Shown here: positions 62,701 to 64,000 of the stretch, piece by piece
Position numbering within the stretch: the stretch's first letter is position 1
Layout: each line of letters starts with the position of its first letter
Assembly: GCF_004010195.1 (NCBI RefSeq)
Contig: NC_057720.1
Coordinates: forward strand, 36,453,669-36,517,668
From: Chiloscyllium plagiosum
Lineage: Eukaryota
Direction: 5' to 3'
DNA: 64,000 bases
Notes under the pieces: generated by a model
Databases searched by the model: none
Told to the model about the DNA's origin: nothing
Seen by the model: the letters and a program-made list of their open reading frames with translations, nothing else
Position numbers and translations under genes: made by a program

Positions 62701-64000
62701 TCTTTGCGTCTGCGTGAGCACGGAATTTAGTGCAGACTGCAGCGCTGTAATCCTCTGTAGTTTGACCAACGAGGGACTGTCAAAGTAGGCCTTCTCAGCT
62801 GCCTTCAACCGTGCTTCAAGGAGATGTTGCTGCTCACCCTCCTACTGCTTCCTACTGGTGGAATATGAAATAACTAACCCCCTAGCATAGGCTTTGGCAG
62901 TTTCCCAGAGAACGGATGAGCTATCAACTGAGCCTATGTTGATGTCCAGGAACATTCCCTAGAGAAATACTCCACAAACTTACTATCCCATGAGAATAAA
63001 GGGATCCATTCGCCAGTACCTTGAACCCACTGTAACGTCCTTAATCTTAACCATAAGGTACACTGGAGCATGATCAGAGATGGTAGTGTTACCAAACGTA
63101 CAAGATGCCACCACATCCAGAGTTACCGCAGGGGTCAGAAAAAAATCAATCCTCATGTGACATCTGTGCGGATTGGAGAAAAACGTGAAATCTCTACCTG
63201 TAGGGTGGCAATGCCTCCAGACGTCCATCAACCATAATTCTCCTCACAGACCCACTAACTGTTTAGTTTGTACAGAGGGTATTGAGGGACCTTTGGGCAA
63301 CCTATCTACTGTGGGGTCCATGAGACAGTTAAAATCTCCCCCTATAATGATGTGCCGGGACTCAAGACTTATCAGTTTAGAAAAAGCATCTACCAAATAT
63401 TTAACGGGATGAGCTGGGGGTCAATAAGCATTTAAAACATCGTGTTCTTCCCCATTTATCAAGGCTTCAAGAATTACAAACTTCCCGTATGTGTCTTTAG
63501 CACATTCCAACAATTTAAATGGGAGATTTTTCCTAACCAATATAGCCACTCCCCTACTTCTGGTATTAAATGATGAAAAATAAACACGGTCAAAGTCATT
63601 CTGCTGTAATTTCAGATGCTCCTTATCATCCAAATGTAACAAAGCATTATCCACCTTTTTAAGACTCAAGAGTACCTTCTTCCTCTTAATTGGTGAGTGA
63701 CTTCCTTTGATATTCCAGGTACACCATTTAATCAAATCATTAGCCATCATCTTCTGCAATTACATTTAAATTCCAGAGAGGAGGAACCCGAACCACAAAC
63801 TGCTGAGCCTTAGTGTCACATGATCCACCAAATAGAAAAACTACATAAACTAAAACCACTACATTTAACAAACCTACAAAATTATTAAAAATTAAAAACA
63901 ACAAAAACCAGAAAACAAACCAACATATAACGCGCCAACAGTGCTGAGTAGGAGAACTCAACCCCTGCCCAGAGGGGGCAACTACCCATCCCGAACTGCC
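59730..64000 (-). mobile_element. L1-clade LINE: frameshifted ORF2 (APE-RT-CCHC) plus inter-ORF spacer; continues beyond the window
   Basis: MANDLIKWCTWNIKG, SRGVAIL, RIDFF, SDHAP, GKAPGP, SYRPISLLNVD, LDAVKAFDRVEW, LYADN and CPKCKLCTGTLTHCLWSC. Confidence 0.95.
62335..62459 (+). mobile_element. Internally deleted HE1 SINE nested in the L1
   Basis: Head (to gagacc) joined directly to gttgggccgaagggcctgtttccacactg and the (taatc)n tail. Confidence 0.85.

Overview
Repeat-rich vertebrate genomic DNA, almost certainly from a shark (inferred from abundant HE1-type V-SINEs with (TAATC)n tails, CR1 LINEs and Penelope-derived elements). Three genes are supported. (1) The last seven coding exons of a meiotic HORMA-domain gene (HORMAD1/2-like, + strand, 1037-11933). 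(2) MMACHC (- strand, exons at 50503-50607, 47858-48052, 45388-45540 and 42165-42266); exon 4 runs into a 500-N gap. (3) A CCDC163-like gene (+ strand) head-to-head with MMACHC across a CpG-rich promoter carrying two ZNF143/THAP11-type ACTACA..TCCCA motifs. The most unusual feature is a partially spliced, diverged MMACHC copy at 33583-34367, about 8 kb downstream of the gene. It joins exon 3 precisely to a 156-nt stop-containing cryptic exon from intron 3 and then precisely to exon 4; in the parent gene that cryptic exon is now split by an HE1 SINE. Other notable items are a decayed Gmr1-type (integrase-before-RT) Gypsy element, solo LTRs with 4-bp TSDs, an L1 ORF2, a Penelope element with inverted pLTRs, and several short TSD-flanked elements carrying hammerhead-ribozyme cores. 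All calls were made by eye; family assignments rest on recalled consensus motifs, and repeat boundaries are approximate unless TSDs are given.
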